A stretch of 64,000 bases of DNA from a virus. The position numbers and the translations under genes are program-made. Positions 53,624-64,000 of this stretch are shown piece after piece. Positions within the stretch are counted from its first letter, which is position 1, and every line of letters starts with the position of its first letter. A model generated the notes under the pieces. That model had not been told where the DNA came from. It did not search any database and was given only the letters and a program-made list of their open reading frames with translations. Where the stretch lies: IMG/VR virus record IMGVR_UViG_3300036985_003303, positions 1 through 64,000 of that record. The stretch is one strand, 5' to 3'.

Positions 53624-54085
53624 ATGAACTCACCACAAAGAGGTCTATTAAAAAGACCAACACAACAAGCAACAAGTTCTACTTACACAAAACCATCTGG
53701 TAATCATTGTGTAGAGGAAACAACAGTTTGCGTTTGTGAATTAATGAATGCATCTATTTCATTTCATAAACTACATTTAAAAGTAGCAGGTCCTGGTGCA
53801 CACGCTATGCATGTTGCATTAGGCCCTTTATATGAAGGATTACCTGATCTTATAGATACTATTACAGAAGCATACCAAGGAGCAGCTGAAAGAATTTTAG
53901 TTCTTCCAGACTGTTGTCCAAGAAGTCTTAATTCTGTAGAAGAAGGTATTGTTTACATCAGAGAAATTTATGATATGATTTGTGCTTTACAAGACATTAT
54001 GTGTTTCTCAGAAATCAGCAATGAACTTGACAATGTAAAAAGATTACTAGGTTCAACAAAGTACAAACTTTTATTTTTAAAATAA
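53624..54085 (+). CDS. Ferritin/Dps-like four-helix-bundle protein (DUF5856-like)
   Basis: FHKLHLKV.G...HAMHVALG.LYEGL.DL.D..TE.YQG. Confidence 0.65.
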   Translation: MNSPQRGLLKRPTQQATSSTYTKPSGNHCVEETTVCVCELMNASISFHKLHLKVAGPGAHAMHVALGPLYEGLPDLIDTITEAYQGAAERILVLPDCCPRSLNSVEEGIVYIREIYDMICALQDIMCFSEISNELDNVKRLLGSTKYKLLFLK

Positions 54086-54159
54086 TTTGCACTAAGTGTT
54101 GCACAATTGGATTATTTTTGCTATATTAAATATATTGTTTATTAACTAAAAAAAGAAAA

Positions 54160-55746
54160 ATGAGTTATTTTAATCATGCTTACCGCAAATCATTTGTCGG
54201 AACAAAAGCAACCCAAGCAAATGTACCTGGTGTATCCAATGCGGTGAATAACGGATTATTGCTTGACGCAGGTGTACCAACATCAGCTTTAGCAAATGCT
54301 GTTGCACCAAATTCATTAGGAGTTGGTACTTATGGATTTTTTAATCCAAACACTTATGTATCTGTAAACAACGCATCTCCGGAAGTAGTTGCAGGAAAAC
54401 CATTGGTTTTTGCTGCTGCATCTTTGTTTACAAATGATAAGATTGGACCTTTCCACGGAGGGTACAAAGAGTCTAACAAATCAAAGATGATCAATCCAAG
54501 ATTTGTTCACAAATTTTCTAAAATGACAGGTGCTGCTCCAGAGCAATCTATTTGGCATTTAGGAAATACAAACTGGAACTCTGATTCAATTGATACTTTA
54601 GGTTTCCTTGTAGCAGGTGTTGGTTATACCGTTGGTATTTATACTAATGTTGCATTAGTAGGTGGTACAGGTGTTGGTGCTTTTGCTACAGTTCAAGTCA
54701 ATGGTGCTGGTAATGTTGTTTCTATTGTAATTACAGAACCGGGACAAGGATACACAGTTGGTGATGTTTTAACATTGCCTGCTTCAGTTCCATTTGTTCC
54801 AGGTGCTCCTGCTTCAGTTCCAGTTGCAACAATCAAATACAACGCAGTAGGAAGTGCTCCTTGTAAATTTAATTTTGTATGTGGAGAAACATACAATCTT
54901 CGTGTTGACTTATGGGGTTCACCCGTATTGCGTTACTTGAACCATGACTTGTACAAAACTTTCGCAGCTTATACAGGTTGTTGTCCAACAGGTGCAATTG
55001 TACCAGGAAATGTAGATTCTACATTGGTAATGATCAACTGGGCTAACCAAATCGTAACTGATGTATGGTTGCAGTACTTTGTTCGCCCAATCGTTTATAC
55101 TCAAACAGGTGTTCCATTGTTTGCTACAGCTGCTGAAGCAATTGCTGCAGGTTTCCCTGGAACTAATGTATGGTCAACTTATGTATCTCCAGGATACATT
55201 GCTGGTGCATTGGCTGGTATTCGTTTGATTGGAGCTTACATTGAAACTAAATTTGGTAACTGTTCATTCCAAAACAGTGATTTCTATGAAAAAGAAATCA
55301 TTCAGATGAACTTATCATTGACAGATTTGACTGGTGATCCATGTGACTTCTCTGCACTTTGTGCTACTAAAGAATATGCAGGATTTACTGGACAAGGTTA
55401 TGGTGAAACTGTATTGCGTGATGTGATTCTTGATGAGTCATACTTACAAAATCATTTCTCTGATGATGTTCGTATCCGTGAGATCACTCAAGGAGATCAG
55501 TATTTCACTGCGGTTAACCGTAATGCGTTGTACACGCGTTATGTAATCCAACACAGTGTTCCTCGTTACAACAACCCTAGTGGTGTTTATGATGATGATC
55601 AGTATGCATTGAATATCTATGTTACTGTTACTACAGCAACAGCATTTGAAACATTCATGGCAACATGGTTGGGTGCGGCTGCAGTTGGTGCAGTTACAAC
55701 ATTGAATACTTTTGGTCATACTGCTTACACACCAGCAGTTCTTTAA
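54160..55746 (+). CDS. Abundant virion structural protein (auxiliary capsid or tail)
   Basis: 528 aa, strongly biased codons, own promoter box (54113) and terminator, GxGY-type insert. Confidence 0.6.
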   Translation: MSYFNHAYRKSFVGTKATQANVPGVSNAVNNGLLLDAGVPTSALANAVAPNSLGVGTYGFFNPNTYVSVNNASPEVVAGKPLVFAAASLFTNDKIGPFHGGYKESNKSKMINPRFVHKFSKMTGAAPEQSIWHLGNTNWNSDSIDTLGFLVAGVGYTVGIYTNVALVGGTGVGAFATVQVNGAGNVVSIVITEPGQGYTVGDVLTLPASVPFVPGAPASVPVATIKYNAVGSAPCKFNFVCGETYNLRVDLWGSPVLRYLNHDLYKTFAAYTGCCPTGAIVPGNVDSTLVMINWANQIVTDVWLQYFVRPIVYTQTGVPLFATAAEAIAAGFPGTNVWSTYVSPGYIAGALAGIRLIGAYIETKFGNCSFQNSDFYEKEIIQMNLSLTDLTGDPCDFSALCATKEYAGFTGQGYGETVLRDVILDESYLQNHFSDDVRIREITQGDQYFTAVNRNALYTRYVIQHSVPRYNNPSGVYDDDQYALNIYVTVTTATAFETFMATWLGAAAVGAVTTLNTFGHTAYTPAVL

Positions 55747-55769
55747 GACCGGAGTTATATCTTCCTAAA

Positions 55770-55807
55770 ATGGAGAATAGAGTCTTTCTCTGTTCTCCAT
55801 TTTTTTT
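55770..55807 (+). terminator. Intrinsic terminator
   Basis: ATGGAGAATAGAG/CTCTGTTCTCCAT plus T7. Confidence 0.8.
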
Positions 55808-55819
55808 AAATGAAATCTT

Positions 55820-56380
55820 ATGGCAACAAATTCATTAAGTTTAAATATTCCAAACATTATGACAGACTGTGTTCTTCGCATAGAAGACACAAGCGTGTAT
55901 GATTTACTCATGCCTTATGTTTGCCCTACTGTCCAAGTATTAGTACCTGGATATAGAGATTGCATTACTTTCAATGACACAACTTTTCCACCAATTTATA
56001 AAGGATTTATTCTTAATCTCACGGCTTGTGATTTAAAAATACAAACTGAATGTTGTGGAACTGAGTTCCATTCATTACCCGATGGGATTTATGTCATCAA
56101 GTATGCACTATCTCCGCATGATAAAATGTATGTTGAGTACAATCATTTGCGTGTTACAGCTTTAAGAAAACAACTGAAAGAGGAATGGTGCAAACTTAAA
56201 TTGAGTGCATGTGAACCAATTCCAGAAACTAAGAATAAATTTATATCTTTGATGGAGATTACTGGTTACATAGATGCAGCTCAAGCAAAAGCTGAATACT
56301 GTTTAGACCATGATCAGGCAATGGTTTTGTATAACTATGCCAAAAAACTGTTAGATAATTATTCATGTAAACTTTGCTAA
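55820..56380 (+). CDS. Cys-containing structural protein
   Basis: 186-aa ORF starting the Cys-rich module. Confidence 0.6.
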   Translation: MATNSLSLNIPNIMTDCVLRIEDTSVYDLLMPYVCPTVQVLVPGYRDCITFNDTTFPPIYKGFILNLTACDLKIQTECCGTEFHSLPDGIYVIKYALSPHDKMYVEYNHLRVTALRKQLKEEWCKLKLSACEPIPETKNKFISLMEITGYIDAAQAKAEYCLDHDQAMVLYNYAKKLLDNYSCKLC

Positions 56381-56381
56381 A

Positions 56382-56522
56382 ATGGCTCAGAATTGTCAAA
56401 ATTGTGGAGTATGTACTTGTACAGGAACATACATTGTAAATGCAACAAATGGTAAATCATGTTGCACTGCTTGCGTTAATACAGTCAATCAGCAAATTGC
56501 TGAAGGCCAAATAAAGAAATAA
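56382..56522 (+). CDS. 46-aa Cys-rich peptide
   Basis: MAQNCQNCGVCTCTGTYIVNATNGKSCCTACVNTVNQQIAEGQIKK (7 Cys); fills the gap exactly. Confidence 0.65.
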   Translation: MAQNCQNCGVCTCTGTYIVNATNGKSCCTACVNTVNQQIAEGQIKK

Positions 56523-56523
56523 A

Positions 56524-57975
56524 ATGGCTCAGGATCAAGTACAAAATAAGTATTATACATTAATAGATTGTTGTAGCAATCAAGCGTATGTATATCCTAC
56601 AGGACATCCTTATGCAGGAACACCTGTGTACATTAAATACACTGGAGTTTTCTTTGACATTGAGCCAATAGATCTTGTAATTAATCCTGAAATAATAACA
56701 AGTTTTGAAGATTCATCAGGCAATGTAACAAATGGATGTTTTATTTTAAAATCAGCAAATCCACCAGCTGGACCAGATCCAACTAATACACAGAATTGGT
56801 TTGATGCTATTTATACAGGATTAGTTACTACACCAATGTGTTGTGATTGCAATACAGCATGTAACTCATTATTTTTTCAATGGGTAGGTGTTGGTAATAT
56901 TACATTAGGTCAACCTATTTATTCTTTTGTAGGACCAACTGGAACTTATGATGGACACAATTATTATGAGATTTTAAATACTTGGACAGAGCCTGTTGTA
57001 TTTGTTTGGTTTTCAGTAGATGATCAAGTGTGGTATTTATCAACTGTTTTAGGAGATGCATTAACTATTATTGATACACTTAATTCAACTGATTTAATTC
57101 CAGCAGAAGAAGGTGTAATAACATCATGGCAAAGTGGAAGATTTGAATCTTACATTTGTAAAGCTATAGAACCAGTTATTCCAGTAGTAAATCCTGGTTT
57201 AACTTATCCAGAAGAAAGATACCAATTAACTTGCTGTTCTACAGGAGAAGCATTAGTTGTAAATGGATTACCGGGAGTATTTGTGTTCCAAGGTATAACA
57301 AGTAATGATAATCATCCAGATGACTTCTTAGAAGTTGTTTTAACAACTATCAAAGACATCAATGCAAATGTTATTACTGGATGTTACCGCGTAACAGAGG
57401 CAGAATGTTTTGAAGAATGGGAAGAAGTTTTATGGCAAGACTTTTTTGTTGAAACTGAATGTGTAAGTACATGCCAGGAATGTTTACCAAAACCGGTAAT
57501 AATTCCTCCAGTTACAAATCACAAGATGATTTATCCTGATTTTATAGTAAATAATGTAGAACCTTTTGATGCAGAACAAATATTCTGTGCATTTGGAGAT
57601 GCAAACTATGAAAAGGTTTTAGCATTAAGATATGGAATACAATTCTGTTGTCCTACAGATCTAATGCAATCAACAATAGAACATGAAATCTTAAAGATGG
57701 ATATTGCAGAGGATCCAAACGCGTGTTGTCCAATTGCTCCACTTCCAGGTACATGTAAAAAGTATTCAATCATTATTCCAATTGATGTTGAAGGATGGTT
57801 GTATTTTAAAGATTGCAACCGAGTTGTAAGAACTGTTATGTTCTATTCAGCTAGTACACCTTATGAAGTCTTTGTATGTGGTACAACTGGACAAACATCA
57901 GCAGACATTTACATTCTTGCAAACAACCAAGACTTACTGCAAGTACAGTTTTCTGAAGGAGTGGATTGCAATTAA
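56524..57975 (+). CDS. Cys-rich structural protein with internal repeat
   Basis: YTLIDCCS and YQLTCCS repeats, CVSTCQEC, FCCP. Confidence 0.65.
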   Translation: MAQDQVQNKYYTLIDCCSNQAYVYPTGHPYAGTPVYIKYTGVFFDIEPIDLVINPEIITSFEDSSGNVTNGCFILKSANPPAGPDPTNTQNWFDAIYTGLVTTPMCCDCNTACNSLFFQWVGVGNITLGQPIYSFVGPTGTYDGHNYYEILNTWTEPVVFVWFSVDDQVWYLSTVLGDALTIIDTLNSTDLIPAEEGVITSWQSGRFESYICKAIEPVIPVVNPGLTYPEERYQLTCCSTGEALVVNGLPGVFVFQGITSNDNHPDDFLEVVLTTIKDINANVITGCYRVTEAECFEEWEEVLWQDFFVETECVSTCQECLPKPVIIPPVTNHKMIYPDFIVNNVEPFDAEQIFCAFGDANYEKVLALRYGIQFCCPTDLMQSTIEHEILKMDIAEDPNACCPIAPLPGTCKKYSIIIPIDVEGWLYFKDCNRVVRTVMFYSASTPYEVFVCGTTGQTSADIYILANNQDLLQVQFSEGVDCN

Positions 57976-58013
57976 ATTAGGAAATTAAATTAAAAATTTG
58001 TATATTATTAGCT

Positions 58014-58526
58014 ATGGGAAAGCCAACAAATACTAGAAGTTCTGGATGTGCTGTAACAACAAGTAATTGTGTTGTATGGCAAGGACCAGATTTATGTTGC
58101 ATTAATTTGTGTCATGGTGATACAATTAGCGATGTCATAAATGAATTAGCTAAAAAGATTTGCAAAATCTTTGAAATGTTAGATGTTCAGTCTTATGATT
58201 TATCAGAGTTAATAAGTACAGAATGTCCACCAGCAAACTTTGTTGAGCTTATTCAATTGCTTATTGATACTATTGCAAAAGTAAATACAGGAACATCTGT
58301 AACAACAGGTGGAACTAATGGTTGCCCTGAATGTGAAATGGCTGTTGCTACATGTTTTCAACAACAGTATGGTGCAGTTATGTCAATGACTGAATACATA
58401 ACAGCTATTGGTGCAAAATTGTGTGATCAACAAGTATTAATTCAAACACAGAATAATGCTTTAGCTCAAATGCAACAACAAATTGCTGCATTACAAGCAC
58501 AGGTTAATCTTTTAATAGGCGGATAA
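58014..58526 (+). CDS. Cys-rich protein with C-terminal coiled coil
   Basis: C...SNCVVWQGPDLCC; Gln/Leu heptads. Confidence 0.65.
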   Translation: MGKPTNTRSSGCAVTTSNCVVWQGPDLCCINLCHGDTISDVINELAKKICKIFEMLDVQSYDLSELISTECPPANFVELIQLLIDTIAKVNTGTSVTTGGTNGCPECEMAVATCFQQQYGAVMSMTEYITAIGAKLCDQQVLIQTQNNALAQMQQQIAALQAQVNLLIGG

Positions 58527-58527
58527 A

Positions 58528-59520
58528 ATGAAAAAGAAATGCACTCCGCAGAATAATGCGATAATAATTAAGACTCCTGTATGTTGTCCAGAACCAATTG
58601 TTCCTATAGTTAATGGTTGTGTAGATCCGTTTACATATACCTGGAATATGGCAGTTAATCAAGCACTACTTGATGAAACATTATCTGTACAAGATTGGTT
58701 TGGTTCATTGATAAGTAGCGGACTAATATTGTCAGATGCTTCAAATATTTGTTGTTCAAACTGTAAGGATGCTCCATTTTATTTTTTAGGTGGGGTGGAA
58801 ATATTTAATACACTAGGTAAAGCAGTACCAGAGTCAATATGCTGTATAAATGTTGCAGCATCTGGTTCGATATACCCAAGTTATTTACAAAATTGGGAAG
58901 TACCACCAGCTTGTTGTAGTAATGATTTTGAAAGTTGTTTAAATCAGTTTTCAAATGTTGTAGACATGCTTACATTACTTAATACAGGAGTTGTAGAGGT
59001 TAATGGTTATGATAATACACTTCTTTGTAAAATTTACAATTTGCTTATTAATACACCAGAAGATTTGTTTCAAGGAGAAACACTTTCAGATGTCTTTATA
59101 ACTATTATAGAAAAAGGATTTATTTCTTATTGTTGTGACTGCAATGTGTTTATTGGAACTCCCGGAGCATTTACAAAATGGTTAGAACAGGGCGGATGTG
59201 GTTCAACACCTATTCCTCCACCTCAAAAACCATATAGAGTTTACAGTCAAGTACTAGAAACAGGTGCACCTTATAATTCAATTATATATAAATGTATGGG
59301 AATCCAGTTTGCAGTTTGTTATGGAACAAATCAAACAGATATTGATGCTTTAGTAGCAATGTTTAATTCAAATCCACAAGTTCAACCAAACGCTTGTTTT
59401 TTAACCTACGGGATTTATTATAACAATGGAGATGGAAGAGTTATGTGTATGATGCCTGCTTCTACATATCTTGCAAATTGTTCTGGAGGAATGATGACAC
59501 TTGAAGTTATATATGATTAA
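58528..59520 (+). CDS. Cys-rich structural protein (paralogue of next gene)
   Basis: CCSNCK..YFLGG..ICC..CC.NDF. Confidence 0.65.
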   Translation: MKKKCTPQNNAIIIKTPVCCPEPIVPIVNGCVDPFTYTWNMAVNQALLDETLSVQDWFGSLISSGLILSDASNICCSNCKDAPFYFLGGVEIFNTLGKAVPESICCINVAASGSIYPSYLQNWEVPPACCSNDFESCLNQFSNVVDMLTLLNTGVVEVNGYDNTLLCKIYNLLINTPEDLFQGETLSDVFITIIEKGFISYCCDCNVFIGTPGAFTKWLEQGGCGSTPIPPPQKPYRVYSQVLETGAPYNSIIYKCMGIQFAVCYGTNQTDIDALVAMFNSNPQVQPNACFLTYGIYYNNGDGRVMCMMPASTYLANCSGGMMTLEVIYD

Positions 59521-59531
59521 TAAGATAAGCA

Positions 59532-60353
59532 ATGGGCTGTAAAAAATGTAATACAAACAAATGTACATGTGAAGTAACTACATGTATCAATCCTTTGATC
59601 TATATGATGAAAGGAGTATTTTCTTTGGTAGGAACTGAGTCAGATAATCTTCAAGTATTAGAAATTTTAGCAAGCATTTCAAAAAGAGGTGGACCTATTA
59701 AATTTCCAATAAAAACAACAACAACTGCTAGTACAGGTACTGCTGCGGATACAGCAACTAATGCTAAACTTGGATTTACTTTAGATATAACTACAGCGTT
59801 GATTGAAACATTGACTGATGGTATATCTATTTCTAATAACAAAAATCTTTGTTGTCCTGATTGTAAAAATGGAGTTTACTTTTTAGGAGGTGCACAAAAT
59901 TTTATAGATTTACATACAGCACTTAGTCTTTCAACAACAAGAATTTGTTGTTTAGAGCATGCAGCTACTATTGAAACATGGTTAAAAGTTTTAGAAAAAA
60001 CAAATGATCAATATAAGTGTTGTGATACTGATTTTAATGAAGCAGTTCAGCAATGGTTCAATGCATCAAGTTCAACAAGTGTTAATTTTTACTTAGATGA
60101 CATTTTAGCAATTGGTGTTTTAGAATCTTCTTCTTTTAATGGATATAGCGGATTAGGAATTTTGTTTAACTATTTACAGTTAAACCATCCTGAATTAACT
60201 GCTGAAGATTACTTGAATATTTTAGGAGTCATTGTAAATTTGGGAATTGTTATTCAGTGTAATGGTTGCGAAATGATAATGGCTTCAGTAGAAACATATT
60301 TAAAATGGGCTGAAGCTACTGGTGGCGGAGGCGGTGGTGCTATGCCCGCATAA
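59532..60353 (+). CDS. Cys-rich structural protein (paralogue of previous gene)
   Basis: CCPDCK..YFLGG..ICC..CC.TDF. Confidence 0.65.
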   Translation: MGCKKCNTNKCTCEVTTCINPLIYMMKGVFSLVGTESDNLQVLEILASISKRGGPIKFPIKTTTTASTGTAADTATNAKLGFTLDITTALIETLTDGISISNNKNLCCPDCKNGVYFLGGAQNFIDLHTALSLSTTRICCLEHAATIETWLKVLEKTNDQYKCCDTDFNEAVQQWFNASSSTSVNFYLDDILAIGVLESSSFNGYSGLGILFNYLQLNHPELTAEDYLNILGVIVNLGIVIQCNGCEMIMASVETYLKWAEATGGGGGGAMPA

Positions 60354-60378
60354 TTATAAAATTTAAAAACTATTTGAA

Positions 60379-61230
60379 ATGGGATGTTCATCTTGTCAAC
60401 AAAATAATCATGTAGTACCAACTACACATGTACATAACTCAACTACTCAAACGCATTGTGAATGTGCTTGTGGTTGTGATGAACCGGTGTGTCCAACACC
60501 ACAACCTTGTACTGAGATTACAGACAGCAAGTGTATAATTTATACAGATGCTGCAATTAAGTGCGGTAATGATACAGTAGTTGCACAAGACACATTTGTT
60601 TCTACAGCTTTAAATCAAATTGTTACTTACTTTTGTAATCAAACTGGTTTAGTGACTACAGCGGATATTAATTGCGGGGATGTTACAATTGTTCCAGCGG
60701 GAACGAGTATTCAGGATGCACTTGATTTGGTTGTACAATTTATTTGTGAGATTCAGTTAACTCCTGGACCAGAAGGCCCCCAAGGAATTGAAGGTCCTGC
60801 AGGTCCACAAGGACCTCAAGGTGAAATTGGTCCACAAGGTCCTCAAGGAGATGTAGGTCCAGAAGGCCCTCAAGGTCCGCAAGGAGATCCAGGAACTAAT
60901 GGAACTAATGCATATAAGTTTGTTTATGAGGAACTTTCAAATTTTGGTGGTGATTCTATTGATATTACTAGACCGCAATTAGAAATTTGTGGTTTGGTTC
61001 CAACTTCATGTTTTGGAAATGACAGTTTAGTTGATGAAGTTTGCGATTTACATGTCAATGTTTATTATTTAGATTCAGGAACTTGGTATAAAATACCAAA
61101 CTTACCATTTTTAAGTACTGACCAAGGTTATGGTTTAAAAATAGACAATTTATCAGGAACAATAAGCGTTGAATTAAATGTAGCAGCTGTTGATACACCA
61201 GTAAGAGTAAGAGTTGTTATATTAGCATAA
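60379..61230 (+). CDS. Collagen-like fibre protein with Cys-rich N-terminus
   Basis: About 16 G-X-Y triplets (GPEGPQG...), N-terminal CxCxCxC. Confidence 0.8.
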   Translation: MGCSSCQQNNHVVPTTHVHNSTTQTHCECACGCDEPVCPTPQPCTEITDSKCIIYTDAAIKCGNDTVVAQDTFVSTALNQIVTYFCNQTGLVTTADINCGDVTIVPAGTSIQDALDLVVQFICEIQLTPGPEGPQGIEGPAGPQGPQGEIGPQGPQGDVGPEGPQGPQGDPGTNGTNAYKFVYEELSNFGGDSIDITRPQLEICGLVPTSCFGNDSLVDEVCDLHVNVYYLDSGTWYKIPNLPFLSTDQGYGLKIDNLSGTISVELNVAAVDTPVRVRVVILA

Positions 61231-61240
61231 AATTTTAGAC

Positions 61241-61732
61241 ATGTGTGAAAACTGTGGAAATAATAGTTGTTCTGGAAATTGCAATGTAATTCCTAAAGGT
61301 CTTCGTGGCCCAAGAGGACATCAAGGCGATAAAGGAGATAAAGGTGATCAAGGACCAATTGGTTTAACTGGCGCGCAAGGTCCATCCGGTGCGCAAGGTT
61401 TGACTGGTTTAACTGGTCCTATTGGTTTAACAGGTCCACAAGGTCCTATTGGTCCTTCAGGATTAGTTGGTTCAGCAGGTTTACCTGGAGCAAATGGTAT
61501 TAATGGAACAAATGGTAATGACGGTGCACCTGGAGCAACTGGAGGACAAGGTTTAATTGGAGATACAGGATTTTCTGGTCGTGGAGTTGCTGTGTTTGTT
61601 CAAACAAGTCAACCAGTAGCTGCTGACTTTACTACACAATATGGAGGCATTGATGGATTTGGTGTAAACTTTATTCCTGGAAATGATGCAATAAGACCTG
61701 GTGATATTTGGATTCAATCATGCACACCATAA
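61241..61732 (+). CDS. Collagen-like fibre protein with Cys-rich N-terminus
   Basis: MCENCGNNSCSGNC then about 30 G-X-Y triplets. Confidence 0.85.
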   Translation: MCENCGNNSCSGNCNVIPKGLRGPRGHQGDKGDKGDQGPIGLTGAQGPSGAQGLTGLTGPIGLTGPQGPIGPSGLVGSAGLPGANGINGTNGNDGAPGATGGQGLIGDTGFSGRGVAVFVQTSQPVAADFTTQYGGIDGFGVNFIPGNDAIRPGDIWIQSCTP

Positions 61733-61735
61733 TTT

Positions 61736-63511
61736 ATGAGCAATTTTAAAATATTTGATGGTACAAATTGGATAGATCCATGTGATTGCAATATTAGCAT
61801 AGTGGATATTGATGGGGTAACTTATCAGTTACTTAATCCAAATAACTGTATTGTAAGTTATTTTGATGGAACTAACTGGTGTCCTATAACATGTCCATGT
61901 CAATGTCCGGAAGGATACATATTTAATCCTGCAACAAATGCATGTGAACAAACAACAATTGAACCAGCTACGCCAAGTGGAGGAGCAACCGTTCCAATTG
62001 TTGCAGGTGGTGCAAGTCCTGCTTATGGTAGTGCATCAACTAGATTATATGAAGATATTTCTACTAAAATATTTCCTTTAAATGGTTGGTCAGATTCAAG
62101 TCTTTGTCCATTTGGTACACCGAATTGTACAGCTGGTTATCAAGTTTATGAATCAGCAGGTATTGGAACTATTTTAAATATTGATGGTTTATCTGTATTA
62201 GGAAATAATGTATTTACTAACTCCCCTCCTAGTGTTACAGGTGGTAGATTAAATAATGTAGGTATATGGGCTACGGGTTATCCACTTAATCAATGGTTGC
62301 CTGTTGAGTTTTGTATAAATTTACCAGCAAGTAAAACTTACATATTTGCAATTGCCGGAGATAATCAAATTAGAGCAAGTATTACGTCTACAACTTTTAT
62401 GGGAGGTGTAACTAACTTTAATCTTGTAAACTTATGGGCTTCATATAACCCAAGCGGTACACCTACAGATGTAGCTGTATCAAGAACTTTTAGTATATGG
62501 CACATGTTTCCAATTACTTTACCAGTAGGAAGTCACATTTTACAATTACAAGGAATGGACTTTGGTCCAGTTGCAGCATTTGGTGCAGAAATTTATGATA
62601 TACCTGTTGGAAATCCCGGAGATGTTTGGCCAGCAGATCAAACTATGCAGGCATTTTTAGCTAGCACAACAGTTACTTTAGCAGATCTTGCACCATTTCT
62701 TGCATTTACAACAGAACAATTAATTCAAACTCCTCCTTTATTAGTTGCTGATTTTGGTGAAACAATTACTTGGACTTGTCCGGATGGTAGTCCTGTAGAT
62801 TTTTGTAATGGTGCACCACAATGTATTGTTACAGATTCAATTCCATGTGGTCAAGGAAATGCATTAACAAGTGAAACAGAAATAAATATTTGGTTTGATA
62901 ATTCAGGTTCAATGAATACAACATTGTCACCATTGCAATTAATGCAATCAACCATACTTCAAGCATGCTTGTTGCCTATTTATAATAATGATCCGGTGCT
63001 TTATAATGAAAGAGTCAAAGTACTTAATATGTTTTCCGGAAATGGATGGAATTTTAATGAAAGATTTATTAGATGTTTAGCTGAAGAAAGAAATTTTCAA
63101 AGAGCAGTAGATATAACTGTTAATCAAGTTATTAATTTAACTTTTGCAGATGAATCTAATGAATATGGATATGGAGGTTCTGCACCATTTAATAGTGGAT
63201 CAAGAACAGCTGGATATGATACAGACATTGCTTATTTAAGAAATGTAATGTCAACGGTTGGATACACAATAAAAGGAACTGCATTTAGAGTAGATACTGG
63301 ACCAGGTACTTATTCAGGATTTAGAGGATTAACCCAAGCAACATTTATTAATAATGGTGCATACACTGTTCCCAATAATGTATCAGACTATTATACTATA
63401 AACTTTAATTGTAACTTAGACACATTGGCTGCAGCTTCTGCAACTTACTATAGAGATCAGATAGTTGCTGCTCTTACAGCTTTAGGAATAAGTATCCCAG
63501 TGTGTCCATAA
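61736..63511 (+). CDS. Multi-domain adhesin-like protein (EGF-like Cys motif, PA14-like and VWA-like regions)
   Basis: [16 protein letters not shown]; [17 protein letters not shown]; IWFDNSGSM (DxSxS). Confidence 0.55.
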   Translation: MSNFKIFDGTNWIDPCDCNISIVDIDGVTYQLLNPNNCIVSYFDGTNWCPITCPCQCPEGYIFNPATNACEQTTIEPATPSGGATVPIVAGGASPAYGSASTRLYEDISTKIFPLNGWSDSSLCPFGTPNCTAGYQVYESAGIGTILNIDGLSVLGNNVFTNSPPSVTGGRLNNVGIWATGYPLNQWLPVEFCINLPASKTYIFAIAGDNQIRASITSTTFMGGVTNFNLVNLWASYNPSGTPTDVAVSRTFSIWHMFPITLPVGSHILQLQGMDFGPVAAFGAEIYDIPVGNPGDVWPADQTMQAFLASTTVTLADLAPFLAFTTEQLIQTPPLLVADFGETITWTCPDGSPVDFCNGAPQCIVTDSIPCGQGNALTSETEINIWFDNSGSMNTTLSPLQLMQSTILQACLLPIYNNDPVLYNERVKVLNMFSGNGWNFNERFIRCLAEERNFQRAVDITVNQVINLTFADESNEYGYGGSAPFNSGSRTAGYDTDIAYLRNVMSTVGYTIKGTAFRVDTGPGTYSGFRGLTQATFINNGAYTVPNNVSDYYTINFNCNLDTLAAASATYYRDQIVAALTALGISIPVCP

Positions 63512-63523
63512 ATAATATATGAT

Positions 63524-64000
63524 ATGTGTACTTGTAAAGGAAATTGTGATTGCAAAAGCAATGAAATAAAATTAAAAGGTCCAAGAGGATTTGTTGGACC
63601 GGCAGGACCACAAGGTCCCGTAGGACCACAAGGTCTACAAGGTCTACAAGGCGCACCTGGACCACAAGGAAGTCAAGGTCCGCAAGGTTTAAGTGGCGCA
63701 ACTGGATCTGCAGGTGCAGCAGGTGCAACTGGAGCACAAGGTATTCCTGGAATACCTACAACTGTAGATGATACAACAACTGTAGATCTTAGTTATACTT
63801 CAGGTACATTAACTGCAAAAGTACAAGATACAGGGTGGGTAGACTTACTTGGCTTTAGTCATTATTCTACAGATCCTACTATGACTGTTAAAAGACCGCA
63901 AGTAAGACGCATTGGAAATGTTGTGCATTTTAGAGGCAGCGTTGTCGTTCCATTAGAAGATCCTACTAAATTGGGTTCTGTTATTACATGGATATATAAA
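63524..64000 (+). CDS. Collagen-like fibre protein (truncated by window edge)
   Basis: ATG at 63524: [31 protein letters not shown]...; open to the window end. Confidence 0.8.
   Translation, partial: MCTCKGNCDCKSNEIKLKGPRGFVGPAGPQGPVGPQGLQGLQGAPGPQGSQGPQGLSGATGSAGAAGATGAQGIPGIPTTVDDTTTVDLSYTSGTLTAKVQDTGWVDLLGFSHYSTDPTMTVKRPQVRRIGNVVHFRGSVVVPLEDPTKLGSVITWIYK

Noticed and set aside
60760-63760. Nucleotide-level tandem repeats (GGTCCACAAGG etc.)
   Set aside because: Fully explained by collagen G-X-Y coding.
1-64000. Stop-codon reassignment, common in crAss-like phages
   Set aside because: PolB, TerL, portal and MCP are full length in the standard code; TAG ends PolB exactly at the next start, and TGA is used in many ATGA overlaps.
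1-64000. CRISPR array, integrase, transposase or reverse transcriptase/DGR
   Set aside because: No equal-length repeat-spacer array and no recognisable catalytic motifs. The early-region repeats are separated by genes, not spacers.

Overview
The whole window reads as part of a large, AT-rich lytic phage genome of a Bacteroidota host, most likely crAss-like. Host evidence: TAnnTTTG -7 promoter boxes, AT-rich leaders with no obvious Shine-Dalgarno sites, and a Bacteroidota-type ClpS. The minus-strand arm (1-30.1 kb) holds replication and recombination genes (family B DNA polymerase, primase, DnaB helicase, SF2 helicase, SSB-like protein, PD-(D/E)XK nuclease, AAA ATPase), a MoxR/VWA pair and many small middle and early genes. 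It ends in an early region built from repeated promoter-like and terminator cassettes with GC-rich structured islands. A strand switch lies at about 30.2-30.5 kb. The plus-strand arm holds accessory genes, a lysis cassette, terminase, portal, major capsid protein, small basic proteins and a long Cys-rich/collagen structural module. The most notable observations: (1) a ~30-aa SxDxE helical motif shared by seven unrelated proteins, two of which flank MoxR/VWA; (2) two identically spaced G6-N22-G6-N11-GGG motifs 765 bp apart at the strand switch; (3) a 22-nt early motif plus UUCG terminator/TTACTATCAC cassette system; (4) a GC-rich, internally duplicated hairpin element; (5) a tRNA-like element with an intact elbow but a broken anticodon loop; (6) an LCIB-type beta-carbonic anhydrase among virion genes; (7) an apparently inactive UNG-fold gene whose start codon overlaps that of a divergent gene. 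All family assignments come from motif recognition by eye; no database searches were run.
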